From Flavobacteriales bacterium (GTDB taxonomy: Bacteria > Bacteroidota > Bacteroidia > UBA10329), in contig JAIPBM010000023.1 in assembly GCA_021739695.1 (NCBI GenBank), forward strand, positions 1,156 through 65,155: a stretch of DNA of 64,000 bases. The letters run 5' to 3'. The stretch's first letter is position 1, and every line of letters begins with the position of its first letter. This document shows, piece by piece, positions 1 to 9,740 of this stretch. Both the position numbers and the translations under genes were made by a program. A model generated the notes under the pieces. The model was not told where the DNA came from, did not search any database, and worked only from the letters and a program-made list of their open reading frames with translations.

Positions 1-299
1 TCAACGATGAGATGGAAAGCATCGCATTTGAGCGCAGCGGCTTGTCCGAAACACCTGTGAACAGCATGAAAGGTTATTTCGGTCATACGCTTGGTGCGGC
101 TGGCGTGATAGAAACCTTACTTGGATTGGAAGGCATGAAACGCAAACAACTCGTTCCTTCATTAGGATTCGAAGAAATGGGTGTTTCGCAGCCAATGAAT
201 ATCATTCAGGAAACCACTGCTCCAAACTCAGCATACTTCCTCAAGACCGCTTCAGGTTTTGGCGGATGTAACGCTTCAGCCTTATTCAAAGTGGGATGA
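1..299 (+). CDS. 3-oxoacyl-ACP synthase (KAS), C-terminal fragment; the gene begins upstream of the window
   Basis: Translation ends ...GYFGHTLGAAGVIETLLGL...FGFGGCNASALF, the conserved KAS C-terminal thiolase-fold motifs. Reading frame is open from position 3. Confidence 0.8.
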   Translation, partial: NDEMESIAFERSGLSETPVNSMKGYFGHTLGAAGVIETLLGLEGMKRKQLVPSLGFEEMGVSQPMNIIQETTAPNSAYFLKTASGFGGCNASALFKVG

Positions 300-895
300 G
301 TTTGTTCCTGAAAACATATTGCCGCATTAAGGGTGGAGAGGTTCACATCAATGGCGAATTGTTCTGCCAACACATGGACGAAGACCCGTTTCTGCGTTCG
401 CTTTACAAGCACATTGGACTTAGCTATCCGAAGTTCTTCAAGATGGATGAGCTATCGCGGTTGGGTTTTATCGGTGCCGAAATGACCTTGATGCGTTCCG
501 AATTGGAGAATTACGCAGACGATGAAGTGGCGGTTATCTTCTCCAATCGTTCGTCCAGTTTGCAAACCGATTTCCAGTATTACGAAACGCTGAAAGGCGG
601 AATCGCCAGTCCTGCGCTGTTCGTATACACCCTTCCGAACATTGAGGTAGGCGAGATTTGCATCCGCCACAAACTCTATGGCGAGAATAACTTCCTTATT
701 ACCGAACGCTTTGATGCTGCGCAATTGCTGGAGCAATGCGAAGCCCTGTTCGAAGACAATGCCGCCAAAGCCGTTCTCATTGGTTGGACGGAGGTAGAAA
801 GCGATAACCACGATGGTTTCTTCGCGTTCATTACCGCATCAGGAATGAACGAAGTGACGGCAGAAAGTTTGACGGATTTGTATTTGAACAGATGA
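296..895 (+). CDS. hypothetical protein of the aryl-polyene/flexirubin-type cluster (KAS-related fold, no obvious catalytic Cys)
   Basis: 199-aa ORF whose start overlaps the previous stop (ATGA) and which sits between two KAS genes. No recognisable catalytic motif. Confidence 0.4.
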   Translation: MSLFLKTYCRIKGGEVHINGELFCQHMDEDPFLRSLYKHIGLSYPKFFKMDELSRLGFIGAEMTLMRSELENYADDEVAVIFSNRSSSLQTDFQYYETLKGGIASPALFVYTLPNIEVGEICIRHKLYGENNFLITERFDAAQLLEQCEALFEDNAAKAVLIGWTEVESDNHDGFFAFITASGMNEVTAESLTDLYLNR

Positions 896-1008
896 ACATG
901 TTAGAGCCACAGATGCACGGATTATCACTGATTTTCCACGGAAAGGAATCATCTTTTTCATCTGTGGAAATCTGTGAATCTGTGGCTAAAAAATGTAATT
1001 ATTAAGCC

Positions 1009-2196
1009 TTGGAAATTGCAATCACGGGCATAGGAGCGATTTCGGCCATTGGCAACGATGTAGATGGAAACCTGCGTTCGCTATTGTCGAAAGAAACAGG
1101 CATAGGCAAAGCCAAATTGCTTCGTTCCAAACTCACAGAAACGCATCTTTTTGGAGAAGTGAAACTCTCCAATGAAGAATTGAGAATAGGTTTGAACTGG
1201 ACTTCAGAAGCTGTTTCTCGAACCACGCTTTTGAGTGCTTGGGCCATGAAAGAAGCCATCAAGCAGTCAGGGATTGTGATGGATAATCAGGTCGGTCTGG
1301 TTTCATCTACAAGTGTTGGCGGCATGGATCGCAGCGAAGGCTTTTTCGAGCCGTATTACACCGAACAGGATTTTGCGAATGTGTTTATGCTCGGCACGCA
1401 CGATTGTGGCACCTGCACGAAACAAGCGGCCGCGCATTTCGGAATTACCGCTTATTCTACAACCATTAGCACGGCCTGTTCTTCGGCAGCAAACGCCATC
1501 GCTATGGGCGCACGCTTATTGCGCCAAAGAAAATTGAAGCGTGTGATTGTAGGCGGAACTGATGCCTTGTGCCGATTTACGGCCAACGGTTTCAATTCGC
1601 TAATGATCTTGGATACAGAATGGTGCAAACCCTTCTCTGCCAATCGTGCTGGATTGAATTTAGGCGAAGCCGCGGCTTATCTCGTGCTTGAAAGCAGGGA
1701 AGACGCAGAAGCTCGTGGAGCTGAAATCCTCGGACTGGTGACAGGCTGGGCCAATACGAATGATGCCTATCACCAAACGGCTTCATCGCCAGATGGAAAC
1801 GGTGCGTTTATGGCGATGACGCAGGCGTTGGAAAAAGCGAATTTGAAGTCCACAGACATCAGTTACATCAACGCCCACGGAACGGGAACGCAGAATAACG
1901 ATCAGTCGGAAAGCATTGCCATTCATCGTGTTTTCGGAGCACAGAAACCACCAATTAGCTCTACGAAAGCTTACACCGGTCATACATTGGCTGCCGCTGG
2001 CGCGATTGAAGCGGTTTATTCAGTTCTTGCTCTCAAGGAGAGTAAGTTGTTTCCGAATTTGAATTACCAAGATCCAATTGAGGAGAACGATTGGAAACCG
2101 CAATTGGAAGTTGAGAGTGCGGATATCAAGCACGTTTTGTCCAACTCATTTGGGTTTGGAGGTAACAACTCAACGGTAATCTTTAGTAAGTATTAA
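1009..2196 (+). CDS. beta-ketoacyl-ACP synthase (KAS I/II-like) of aryl-polyene/flexirubin-type cluster
   Basis: 395 aa. Active-site Cys context TISTACSSAANAIAMG, His motifs (HGTGT, GHTLAAAG), C-terminal FGFGGNN. Confidence 0.85.
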   Translation: MEIAITGIGAISAIGNDVDGNLRSLLSKETGIGKAKLLRSKLTETHLFGEVKLSNEELRIGLNWTSEAVSRTTLLSAWAMKEAIKQSGIVMDNQVGLVSSTSVGGMDRSEGFFEPYYTEQDFANVFMLGTHDCGTCTKQAAAHFGITAYSTTISTACSSAANAIAMGARLLRQRKLKRVIVGGTDALCRFTANGFNSLMILDTEWCKPFSANRAGLNLGEAAAYLVLESREDAEARGAEILGLVTGWANTNDAYHQTASSPDGNGAFMAMTQALEKANLKSTDISYINAHGTGTQNNDQSESIAIHRVFGAQKPPISSTKAYTGHTLAAAGAIEAVYSVLALKESKLFPNLNYQDPIEENDWKPQLEVESADIKHVLSNSFGFGGNNSTVIFSKY

Positions 2197-2376
2197 TGGT
2201 TGCACTGTCAAATAAATCCTCCGCCTTACTTCGACAGGCTCAGCACAAGCTGTTCCTCGGCACCTCCTTTAAAAGGAGGAATGAGCTCCTTCCCCCTTTG
2301 AAAGGGGGTGGCTCGAAAGCGGAACTTGTGGAGCTTTTCGAGACGGGGGATTTAGTAATTGAGAAATTAGTCTGAA

Positions 2377-3261
2377 ATGTATTTAGGAGCCGCCACTTGC
2401 ATATCGTTTCAAGACACTTTCGGGAATGAAAACCCTTGGAGTTCACTCGCTGCAATCAACGGGGAAACGCAACTTGTCCAGCCTGATTACAAGGAATTTG
2501 TGAGCCCAGCAGCCTTGCGAAGAATGAGCAGCGTTCTAAAAATGGGTGCTGCAGGCGGTAAATCGTGTTTGTATAAAGCAGGATTGGAAAATGCAGATGC
2601 CATTACGGTTGGAACTGGCCTTGGCTGCGTTCGCGACACACTCAAGTTCTTGAAAGCGGTTTATGAAGATGGTGAAGGAGGACTTTCGCCTACGGCATTC
2701 ATCCAATCCACGCATAATTCCATTGCTGGACAATTGGCGTTAATGCTCGGAAACCATGGTTACAACATGACGCATGTGCAAGGCGGGTTGTCGTTGGCCT
2801 ATGCGCTTTCAGATGCAGAATTATTGATTGGTGAAGGTGATGCTGAGACGGTGCTGGTTGGTGCTGTCGATGAGAAAACGGAGGAATTGGTAGAATTGCT
2901 TTCTAAACTTGCTGATACCGTCAGTTATAAATTGCCAGAAGTAGGCGAGGGCGGAGCGTTCTTTCTTGCTTCCAAGGAAAAATTGAATTCATCTGTTGCC
3001 AAAATGGTCGGATTGAATTTGTCGGGAAAACTGGAGGTTGATGCAGACCTCGTGCTTTCAAACACGGATCAAGGATTCAATTACACCCAATTCTCAGGCG
3101 AGCATTTCACCTCTGTTGGTTTCGGACTTTTCATGGCGCTAAAGGCTTTTGAACTAGGAAAAGTTGACAACGGTCACATTTCATTCGACCATCCAACGCG
3201 TATTTTAGTGCATCATAAGTTGCTCGGACAGGAAATGAGCATCTTGCTTGAAAAGCTTTGA
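2377..3261 (+). CDS. KAS N-terminal-domain-like protein (chain-length-factor-like partner of KAS)
   Basis: 294 aa with a thiolase N-terminal-like sequence (VGTGLGCV...) but lacking the C-terminal catalytic His motifs. Lies directly downstream of the KAS. Confidence 0.5.
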   Translation: MYLGAATCISFQDTFGNENPWSSLAAINGETQLVQPDYKEFVSPAALRRMSSVLKMGAAGGKSCLYKAGLENADAITVGTGLGCVRDTLKFLKAVYEDGEGGLSPTAFIQSTHNSIAGQLALMLGNHGYNMTHVQGGLSLAYALSDAELLIGEGDAETVLVGAVDEKTEELVELLSKLADTVSYKLPEVGEGGAFFLASKEKLNSSVAKMVGLNLSGKLEVDADLVLSNTDQGFNYTQFSGEHFTSVGFGLFMALKAFELGKVDNGHISFDHPTRILVHHKLLGQEMSILLEKL

Positions 3262-4016
3262 ACTTCCAACGACTGAACATACTGGCTATTGGATTTGTCC
3301 TCGTTCTAATTCCAGCCATCACACTTGGATTTATTACATGGAAAGTCCTTATTATTCTATTGCTCGCGTATTCAATCACACTTGGTTGGGGTGTTTTCGA
3401 CATCGGTTCGCAGTTTTTCATCCCGACTTTTTGGAGAGGCGAGAAGGGAACGGTCAGTTTTACCTTCGATGATGGCCCAGACCCAGAAGTGACGCCAAAG
3501 GTGCTGGATGTGCTTCGTGAGGAAGGAGTGAAGGCCGCATTTTTCGTCATAGGAAGAAATGCTGAGAAACATCCGAAGCTACTGAAACAGATCATGGATG
3601 AAGGTCATGTGATCGGGAATCACACCTACAATCATGATTACGTGTTCTCAAAAGCTGCAGCTGAAAAACAAGTAACGGAAGGACAAGAAGCCATTGAGAA
3701 GATCATCGGTAAGAAACCAGCCTATTTCCGGCCTCCATTTGGCGTAATGACGCCAGAGATTGCTTCCGCTATCCGAAAGGAAAAATGCACGGTCATCGGT
3801 TGGGATATCCGTTCGCAGGATGGACGCATTCGCACAAAAGATGCGACCATCAAGCGAATCAGTGCGCACCTCGAAAAATCAACCGTACTGTTGTTCCACG
3901 ATACCAATCCGACAACGCCTGATGCACTTCGCGAGATTATTCATCTTTGCAGGCAGAATGGCATGAAGATCGTTTCAGTGCCAGAGCAATCGGGAATTGA
4001 ACCCTACCATGCCTAA
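3258..4016 (+). CDS. polysaccharide deacetylase (NodB-homology domain) with N-terminal TM segment
   Basis: FTFDDGPDPEVTPKVLDVL...GNHTYNHD motifs typical of the CE4/NodB family. Confidence 0.8.
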   Translation: MNFQRLNILAIGFVLVLIPAITLGFITWKVLIILLLAYSITLGWGVFDIGSQFFIPTFWRGEKGTVSFTFDDGPDPEVTPKVLDVLREEGVKAAFFVIGRNAEKHPKLLKQIMDEGHVIGNHTYNHDYVFSKAAAEKQVTEGQEAIEKIIGKKPAYFRPPFGVMTPEIASAIRKEKCTVIGWDIRSQDGRIRTKDATIKRISAHLEKSTVLLFHDTNPTTPDALREIIHLCRQNGMKIVSVPEQSGIEPYHA

Positions 4017-4635
4017 AATCACAACATTTTTCCTTTTCATCCTTTTTCCATTTTTCCTTTTCGCGCAGGATTGGAAAACGATTGAAGCGAGCGACCCGAT
4101 GCTAACGGGGTTGAAATCAACTTTGGCGGGAATGAATAGCATCAAAGGCGATATCAAGCAAGAAAAGAGCTTTGCATTTCTAACAGATAAACTCGTTTCC
4201 ACAGGCATTTTCCTCTATCAGAAGGAAAGCAAATTGCGTTGGGAGTTCAAAGAGCCAATTGATTATGTCATTCTCATCAACGAGAGCACCATGCGCTTGC
4301 GCGAAGAGGGCGTGGAGAAGAAATACAAGGGGATGAACCAGATCTTGCGGCAAGTGAAGGAGATCATTCTTGGTTGTATTGATGGTTCGATCATGAGTAA
4401 TTCGAACTACAAAACGGTGTTCTCGACAGACGGAACCAACATTCGAATTCAGCTTCAACCGAAGGAGAAGAACCTGAAGGAATTCATCAAGCAGATTGAT
4501 GTCGAGTTTGCAAAATCGGGTTCCATTCTAAAGAAAGTAACTTTGACCGATCCGTCTGGCGACATGACGGACATTCATTTCTCGAACGTTCAGTCCAACC
4601 AAAAGATAGATGCGGCTCTTTTTGCTGATTTTTAG
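3997..4635 (+). CDS. LolA-like outer-membrane lipoprotein carrier family protein
   Basis: Signal peptide followed by a LolA-like sequence (GDIKQEKSFAFLTDKLVSTGIFLYQKESKLRWEF). A LolA-like gene is typical of aryl-polyene/flexirubin clusters. Confidence 0.6.
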   Translation: MNPTMPKITTFFLFILFPFFLFAQDWKTIEASDPMLTGLKSTLAGMNSIKGDIKQEKSFAFLTDKLVSTGIFLYQKESKLRWEFKEPIDYVILINESTMRLREEGVEKKYKGMNQILRQVKEIILGCIDGSIMSNSNYKTVFSTDGTNIRIQLQPKEKNLKEFIKQIDVEFAKSGSILKKVTLTDPSGDMTDIHFSNVQSNQKIDAALFADF

Positions 4636-5173
4636 TCTTCTTGCCACTTCAGTTCAGGCGCAAGCTCCCGGACAGGACGTAGAAATTCTCGCTCGCGGAA
4701 AAGAGGCTATTTATAAGGCTGAATTCAATATCACGGGAACAGCGATCAACGGATTTCTTGCGGTTCAGCACAAGCGAAATGACGTGCTTCATGTGGAATT
4801 CACCTCACCAATGGGTAATAATCTGTTGGAGATAGAGTGGAAGCGGGGTAAATGGAAAAAGATCTACGCCACCAAGAAACTCAGCGGAAAGTTGATCTTT
4901 AACATGATGACGGAAGACATTCTATTGCTCTTTGCACATTATCAGTATGATCAGAGTTTTGAGGATTTTGGCAACGAATGGAAGTGGAACAAAAAGACAC
5001 TTCTTCCTGTTTTTGAGGACGGAAAACTGAGCTCGGTGAAGATCATTGGAAGACGCCATCATCCATCTAAAACGGTGAAATACAAACGTGGCGAAGATTG
5101 TATTGATGAATTAAGCATCGACCATCAAGGTTTTCCTTTTTCCATCACATTGGAACCATTGAAGAAGAAATAA
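4610..5173 (+). CDS. exported hypothetical protein (aryl-polyene cluster accessory, possibly LolB/DUF3261-like)
   Basis: 187 aa with an N-terminal signal peptide (LLATSVQAQA). Its start overlaps the 3' end of the preceding gene. Confidence 0.45.
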   Translation: MRLFLLIFSLLATSVQAQAPGQDVEILARGKEAIYKAEFNITGTAINGFLAVQHKRNDVLHVEFTSPMGNNLLEIEWKRGKWKKIYATKKLSGKLIFNMMTEDILLLFAHYQYDQSFEDFGNEWKWNKKTLLPVFEDGKLSSVKIIGRRHHPSKTVKYKRGEDCIDELSIDHQGFPFSITLEPLKKK

Positions 5174-5535
5174 TGGCAACACTTGCGGGATTTTACGAAC
5201 GAATTTCTGAAACCAAGACCGCTGCTGGTTCGGTGGTAAGTGCCAGACTCAATCCGGATCATGAAGTGTACGTTGGGCATTTTCCAGAAAAGCCTGTAGC
5301 GCCAGGTGCAGCGCTCACCCAAATGGTTTTGGATGAAGCCATCAGATTGACCAATGGTGAGAAGAAAGTGACTGAATTCCGCCAGATCAAATTCCTATCG
5401 GTTATTGATCCTACTCAAGTTCAAGATATTGAATTGGAGTTCGATTTTAGAGAACGGAATGGCGTTGATATGTTCACATGCGTTGGTCGCTCTGGCGAAA
5501 CCAATTATTTCAAGTTGAATGGCATCTTCGGATAA
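5173..5535 (+). CDS. hotdog-fold 3-hydroxyacyl-ACP dehydratase (FabZ/FabA-like)
   Basis: YVGHFPEKPVAPGAALTQMVLDEA matches the FabZ active-site region. 120 aa. Confidence 0.75.
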   Translation: MATLAGFYERISETKTAAGSVVSARLNPDHEVYVGHFPEKPVAPGAALTQMVLDEAIRLTNGEKKVTEFRQIKFLSVIDPTQVQDIELEFDFRERNGVDMFTCVGRSGETNYFKLNGIFG

Positions 5536-6718
5536 TTCGATGAATTACCGTTCTGAACTCAAGCAAATGGGAATTTGCGTGATTGTTCCTACATACAACA
5601 ATCACAAAACGGTCAAACGCGTTATTGAAAGTGTGTTGGAATACACGGATGATCTAATCGTTGTGAATGATGGTGCCACAGATGGAACGCCAGCTATTCT
5701 GGACGAATTTGGAGATAGGATCGTTCTCATTTCGTACGCTCCCAACAAAGGAAAAGGCTATGCACTGCGGATGGCTTTCGCTAAAGCAACGGAACTGGGT
5801 TATCACTACGTTATTACGATTGATAGCGATGGGCAGCATTTTGCCAATGATATTCCAAAATTCATTGAAGTGCATCGAAGTCACCCGGATGCGGTAATTA
5901 TGGGCGCCCGTAATTTGGAGGCACACGGAATGGCAGCTAAAAGCAGCTTCGCTAACCGTTTTTCCAATTTCTGGTTCCGATTACAAACGGGAATTTACAT
6001 GCCCGACACGCAGACGGGTTTTCGTTTGTATCCGCTCGAAAAGATCAGGAACCTTACGCTGTTCACCAATCGGTTTGAGTTTGAAATTGAGGTGATTGTG
6101 AAACTTGCTTGGCGCGATGTGCCGTTCGTTTCCGTACCGATACAAGTGAAGTACGATCCTAATGAACGTGTTTCACATTTCCGTCCAGGACCAGATTTCA
6201 CGCGTATCAGTTTTCTCAATGCGTGGTTCACGATTCTTACAGCGTTGTATCATCTTCCACGAAGACTGCTTTTGAAAGGGAAGCTGCTCAAGCTTATCAA
6301 AGAAGAAGCCATCAAACCAGAGGAAACCAATCTGCGCAAGGCGGCAAGCATCGGTTTCGGGTTCTTCTTCGGAATTCTACCTATTTGGGGATTTCAGTTG
6401 TTAATTGGTATTCCAACCGCCATTTTTCTACGGATGAATAAGGTGCTGTTCATTACAGCGGCAAACATCAGTTTGCCACCGCTCATTCCGTTCATCATCT
6501 TCTTCAGCTACTTAATGGGACAGCCGTTCGTGGATGGCGAACCAATTCCATTTGATAAACTATCTGAGCTATCGCTGGATAATATCCACGATAGTTACAT
6601 CCAATATGTGATTGGAGCAATTCTGCTCGCAATCTCTACAGGATTGATGGGTTTCTTGGTGAGTTGGATAACGCTTACAGTCCTTCGGAAAGACCCTGAA
6701 GCGGTTCAAAGTGTCTGA
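5519..6718 (+). CDS. family-2 glycosyltransferase fused to C-terminal DUF2062-like membrane domain
   Basis: N-terminal GT-A fold motifs (CVIVPTYNN, TIDSDGQH), then 3-4 TM helices. This fusion is typical of aryl-polyene/flexirubin loci. Confidence 0.75.
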   Translation: MASSDNSMNYRSELKQMGICVIVPTYNNHKTVKRVIESVLEYTDDLIVVNDGATDGTPAILDEFGDRIVLISYAPNKGKGYALRMAFAKATELGYHYVITIDSDGQHFANDIPKFIEVHRSHPDAVIMGARNLEAHGMAAKSSFANRFSNFWFRLQTGIYMPDTQTGFRLYPLEKIRNLTLFTNRFEFEIEVIVKLAWRDVPFVSVPIQVKYDPNERVSHFRPGPDFTRISFLNAWFTILTALYHLPRRLLLKGKLLKLIKEEAIKPEETNLRKAASIGFGFFFGILPIWGFQLLIGIPTAIFLRMNKVLFITAANISLPPLIPFIIFFSYLMGQPFVDGEPIPFDKLSELSLDNIHDSYIQYVIGAILLAISTGLMGFLVSWITLTVLRKDPEAVQSV

Positions 6719-7302
6719 ACTTCCTTGTGACGGAAGCAATCTACCGTATGGTCGTTTACCATACCAGTTGCCTGCATGTGAGCGTAGATAACTGTTGGCC
6801 CAACGAATTTGAATCCGCGTTTCTTGAGGGCTTTACTGATCTGTTCGGCCAATTCAGTTTTGGCAGGAATGTCTTTTAGCGAAGCCAAGGAATTCTGCAT
6901 CGGCTTCCCATCTACAAAATCCCAAATGTATTTGCTGAACGAACCGAATTCCTTTTGAATTTGAATGAAAGCCTGCGCATTTGAAACAGCTGCGCGAATC
7001 TTGGCTCCATTTCGGATAATACCAGCGTCAGCCATCAGGCTTTCAAGCTTAGCATCATCGTATGTGGCCACTTTTTTTACGTCAAAATGGTCGAATGCCG
7101 CACGGAAATTCTCGCGCTTGCGAAGCACTGTGATCCAACTCAATCCGGCTTGGAATGTCTCTAATATCAGAAACTCGAAAAGCCGCTGTTCATCAAACAG
7201 CGGCACTCCCCATTCTTCATCGTGATAAGAGATGTAAAGCGGATCATCAGAAACCCAGCCGCAACGTTTTTTTGCTTGTGGATGATGATTCATATCGTTC
7301 AA
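6706..7302 (-). CDS. tag: DNA-3-methyladenine glycosylase I
   Basis: CGWVSDDPLYISYHDEEWGVPLFDEQRLFEFLILETFQAGLSW is the canonical Tag N-terminus. Confidence 0.9.
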   Translation of the reverse strand: MNDMNHHPQAKKRCGWVSDDPLYISYHDEEWGVPLFDEQRLFEFLILETFQAGLSWITVLRKRENFRAAFDHFDVKKVATYDDAKLESLMADAGIIRNGAKIRAAVSNAQAFIQIQKEFGSFSKYIWDFVDGKPMQNSLASLKDIPAKTELAEQISKALKKRGFKFVGPTVIYAHMQATGMVNDHTVDCFRHKEVQTL

Positions 7303-7311
7303 AAGGAGTAG

Positions 7312-7686
7312 TTACCCTTTCTTCTTTACGATCTTTGCTTCTTTTATGAACTTACCATTCACTGATTCGCCAAGAATCACGACTTCTTTCGATTTTTCGT
7401 AATCCTTAACTGCTAGCATCATTTCATCTTCAGTATCCCTTCTGATCTTGATTCCGGATACTGCACCCGTATTACGCACTTCAATATAATAGCCGTCTTT
7501 AAGCTTCTTCGGTCTTGTAGGAGGTCTTCCCATGTCTTGTTTTGTTCTTTTTTCACACCAAGCTCGAACAATATCATGTTCAACTCGGCCTTTACTCTTC
7601 GGTGTGAAATATAGGTATTTGAACCATACTAGGATAAAATAACTGTCAATAAGTCTTAACCGATACATGTTGATTCTGAAATTCAA
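7312..7686 (-). CDS. small hypothetical protein (start uncertain; internal ATG at 7533 would give 74 aa)
   Basis: ORF only. Lys-rich, no recognisable motif. Confidence 0.3.
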   Translation of the reverse strand: MNFRINMYRLRLIDSYFILVWFKYLYFTPKSKGRVEHDIVRAWCEKRTKQDMGRPPTRPKKLKDGYYIEVRNTGAVSGIKIRRDTEDEMMLAVKDYEKSKEVVILGESVNGKFIKEAKIVKKKG

Positions 7687-7799
7687 TGATTTCTGAGTTC
7701 AAAATGCAATTATTCAGGTTAAATTTTGTTGATTTCCGATGGTTTATAACCGACAGAAAGACCGATTCATAATCGTTTAGTAATCGAAAGCAACTGTAA

Positions 7800-7807
7800 T
7801 ACCTTTG
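7800..7807 (+). promoter_or_regulatory. putative Bacteroidota sigma-A -7 element (TAccTTTG) upstream of ispH
   Basis: Matches the TAnnTTTG consensus, about 20 nt upstream of the ATG at 7828. Confidence 0.3.
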
Positions 7808-7827
7808 CAACCGAATTCTGTAAGTAG

Positions 7828-9057
7828 ATGAAACAGTTCGACATACCTGAGTTTTACCGTAGTCCGATCATCGGACCGCTGAAAGAAATGCGCAAGAGCA
7901 AAGATCCGCGTAAGCAGGACTTTACGCCAACGTTGCTCGACTTCGGTCCGGTTCAGTTTTACATCGCGCGGCATTTTGGCTTCTGTTATGGAGTGGAGAA
8001 TGCGATTGAAATATCCTATCGCGCACTAAGCGAGAATCCAGGGAAACAGATTTTTCTCTTGAGTCAAATGATCCATAACCCTGCTGTGAATGACGATCTT
8101 CAAGGTCATGGTATTCAATTTATCATGGATACCTACGGAAATCAGCTTATTCCTTGGGATGATATTTCTTCGGATGATATTGTCATTACGCCTGCATTCG
8201 GAACAACGGTTGAGATTGAAGATCTATTGAAACAAAAAGGCATTCAGCCTGAATTGTACAATACAACATGTCCGTTTGTCGAGAAAGTATGGAAACGGTC
8301 TTCCAAATTGGGTGAGGACGATTTTACCGTCATTATTCACGGAAAACAGAAACACGAAGAAACGCGAGCAACGTTTTCGCACAGCTATCAAAATGCGCCA
8401 TCGTTGGTCATAAAAGACCTGAATGAAGCGCACATTTTGGGCGAGATCATTATGGGCAAACGCCCGGTGGAAGAGTTTGAAAATCAATTTCGTGATCGTG
8501 CATCCGAAGGTTTTGACCCGAACACACATTTCGACCGCATTGGAGTGGTGAACCAAACAACCATGTTGGCCACGGAAACACAGGCCATTGCCGATCACCT
8601 CAAAAATGTGGTGCTTGAGAAATTTGGGGAAGCGAATTCTAAGCAACATTTTGCTGATACGCGTGACACGCTTTGCTATGCTACCAACGATAATCAATCT
8701 GCAACGTACGGCTTGATGGAAACCGATGCTGACCTGGCCATTGTGGTTGGAGGTTACAATAGTTCCAATACATCGCATTTGGTGGAGTTGCTCGAAGAGA
8801 AATTCCCAACCTATTTTATCAGTTCAGAGAATGAGATAAAAGATGATGCAAGCGTTGAGCATTTCAATTTCCATGAAGGAACTATTGGTCAAACGTCCGA
8901 TTTCTTACCCAAAACCGACCGACCATTGAAAATTGCATTGACCAGTGGTGCATCGTGCCCTGATTCGGTGGTTGACCGTGTGCTTCAAAAAGTGCTTTCC
9001 TACTTTACTGGAAGTCGGGAAATAGGGAAGGTGATGGAGGAGTTGGAGGTGAATTAA
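7828..9057 (+). CDS. ispH: 4-hydroxy-3-methylbut-2-enyl diphosphate reductase (long Bacteroidota form)
   Basis: FGFCYGVENAIEISYRAL and TCPFVEKVWK motifs (LytB Cys ligands). 409 aa. Confidence 0.9.
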   Translation: MKQFDIPEFYRSPIIGPLKEMRKSKDPRKQDFTPTLLDFGPVQFYIARHFGFCYGVENAIEISYRALSENPGKQIFLLSQMIHNPAVNDDLQGHGIQFIMDTYGNQLIPWDDISSDDIVITPAFGTTVEIEDLLKQKGIQPELYNTTCPFVEKVWKRSSKLGEDDFTVIIHGKQKHEETRATFSHSYQNAPSLVIKDLNEAHILGEIIMGKRPVEEFENQFRDRASEGFDPNTHFDRIGVVNQTTMLATETQAIADHLKNVVLEKFGEANSKQHFADTRDTLCYATNDNQSATYGLMETDADLAIVVGGYNSSNTSHLVELLEEKFPTYFISSENEIKDDASVEHFNFHEGTIGQTSDFLPKTDRPLKIALTSGASCPDSVVDRVLQKVLSYFTGSREIGKVMEELEVN

Positions 9058-9740
9058 TTCTGCCTTTCAGCAACCCACCCCAAAGCCAATTCCAATTGCT
9101 GATCAGGAGATAGATTGGAGTTGTCTAGAACCACAGCATCTTCTGCCTGAATCAGTGGGTCTTCCTTTCTGCTGGTATCTTCCTGATCACGAGAAAGAAG
9201 GTTGTTTCGAACTTCTTCCAACGAAACGTCTTTGCCATTGGCTTTCAGCTCATCGAATCTGCGTTGGGCTCGCACGTCTGGCGAAGCCGTCATGAAAATC
9301 TTGAGTTCGGCATGCGGAAAAACGGCTGTTCCAATATCGCGGCCGTCCATAACCACACCACCGCGTTTACCCAATTCCTGCTGGAGCGAACGCAGCTTGG
9401 CGCGCACTTCTTTGATGACACTTACAAAACTGACTACCTCAGAAACACGCATACTTCGTATTTCCTCTTCCACGTTTTTTCCGTTCAAAAACGTGGTTAC
9501 TCTTTTGGTATTTGAATCGTAATTCAGGTCAATATCGATGTTGTTGAGCTCTAGAACGAGGCTGTCTTTATCCACATATTCTTTTGTTGCCAAACCATGT
9601 TCTATGGCAAACAGCGCCATAGCGCGATACATCGCACCGCTATCTACATACGTGTAATTGAGTTTGGCAGCGAGTTGTTTGGCAAGTGTGCTTTTGCCGC
9701 ATGAAGAATACCCATCAATGGCGATGGTGATCTTATCCAT
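9054..9740 (-). CDS. cmk: cytidylate kinase
   Basis: ITIAIDGYSSCGKSTLAKQLA P-loop plus Cmk fold. 228 aa. Confidence 0.9.
   Translation of the reverse strand: MDKITIAIDGYSSCGKSTLAKQLAAKLNYTYVDSGAMYRAMALFAIEHGLATKEYVDKDSLVLELNNIDIDLNYDSNTKRVTTFLNGKNVEEEIRSMRVSEVVSFVSVIKEVRAKLRSLQQELGKRGGVVMDGRDIGTAVFPHAELKIFMTASPDVRAQRRFDELKANGKDVSLEEVRNNLLSRDQEDTSRKEDPLIQAEDAVVLDNSNLSPDQQLELALGWVAERQN

Noticed and set aside
8224-8778. 184-aa minus-strand ORF inside ispH
   Set aside because: Antisense to ispH; no motif.
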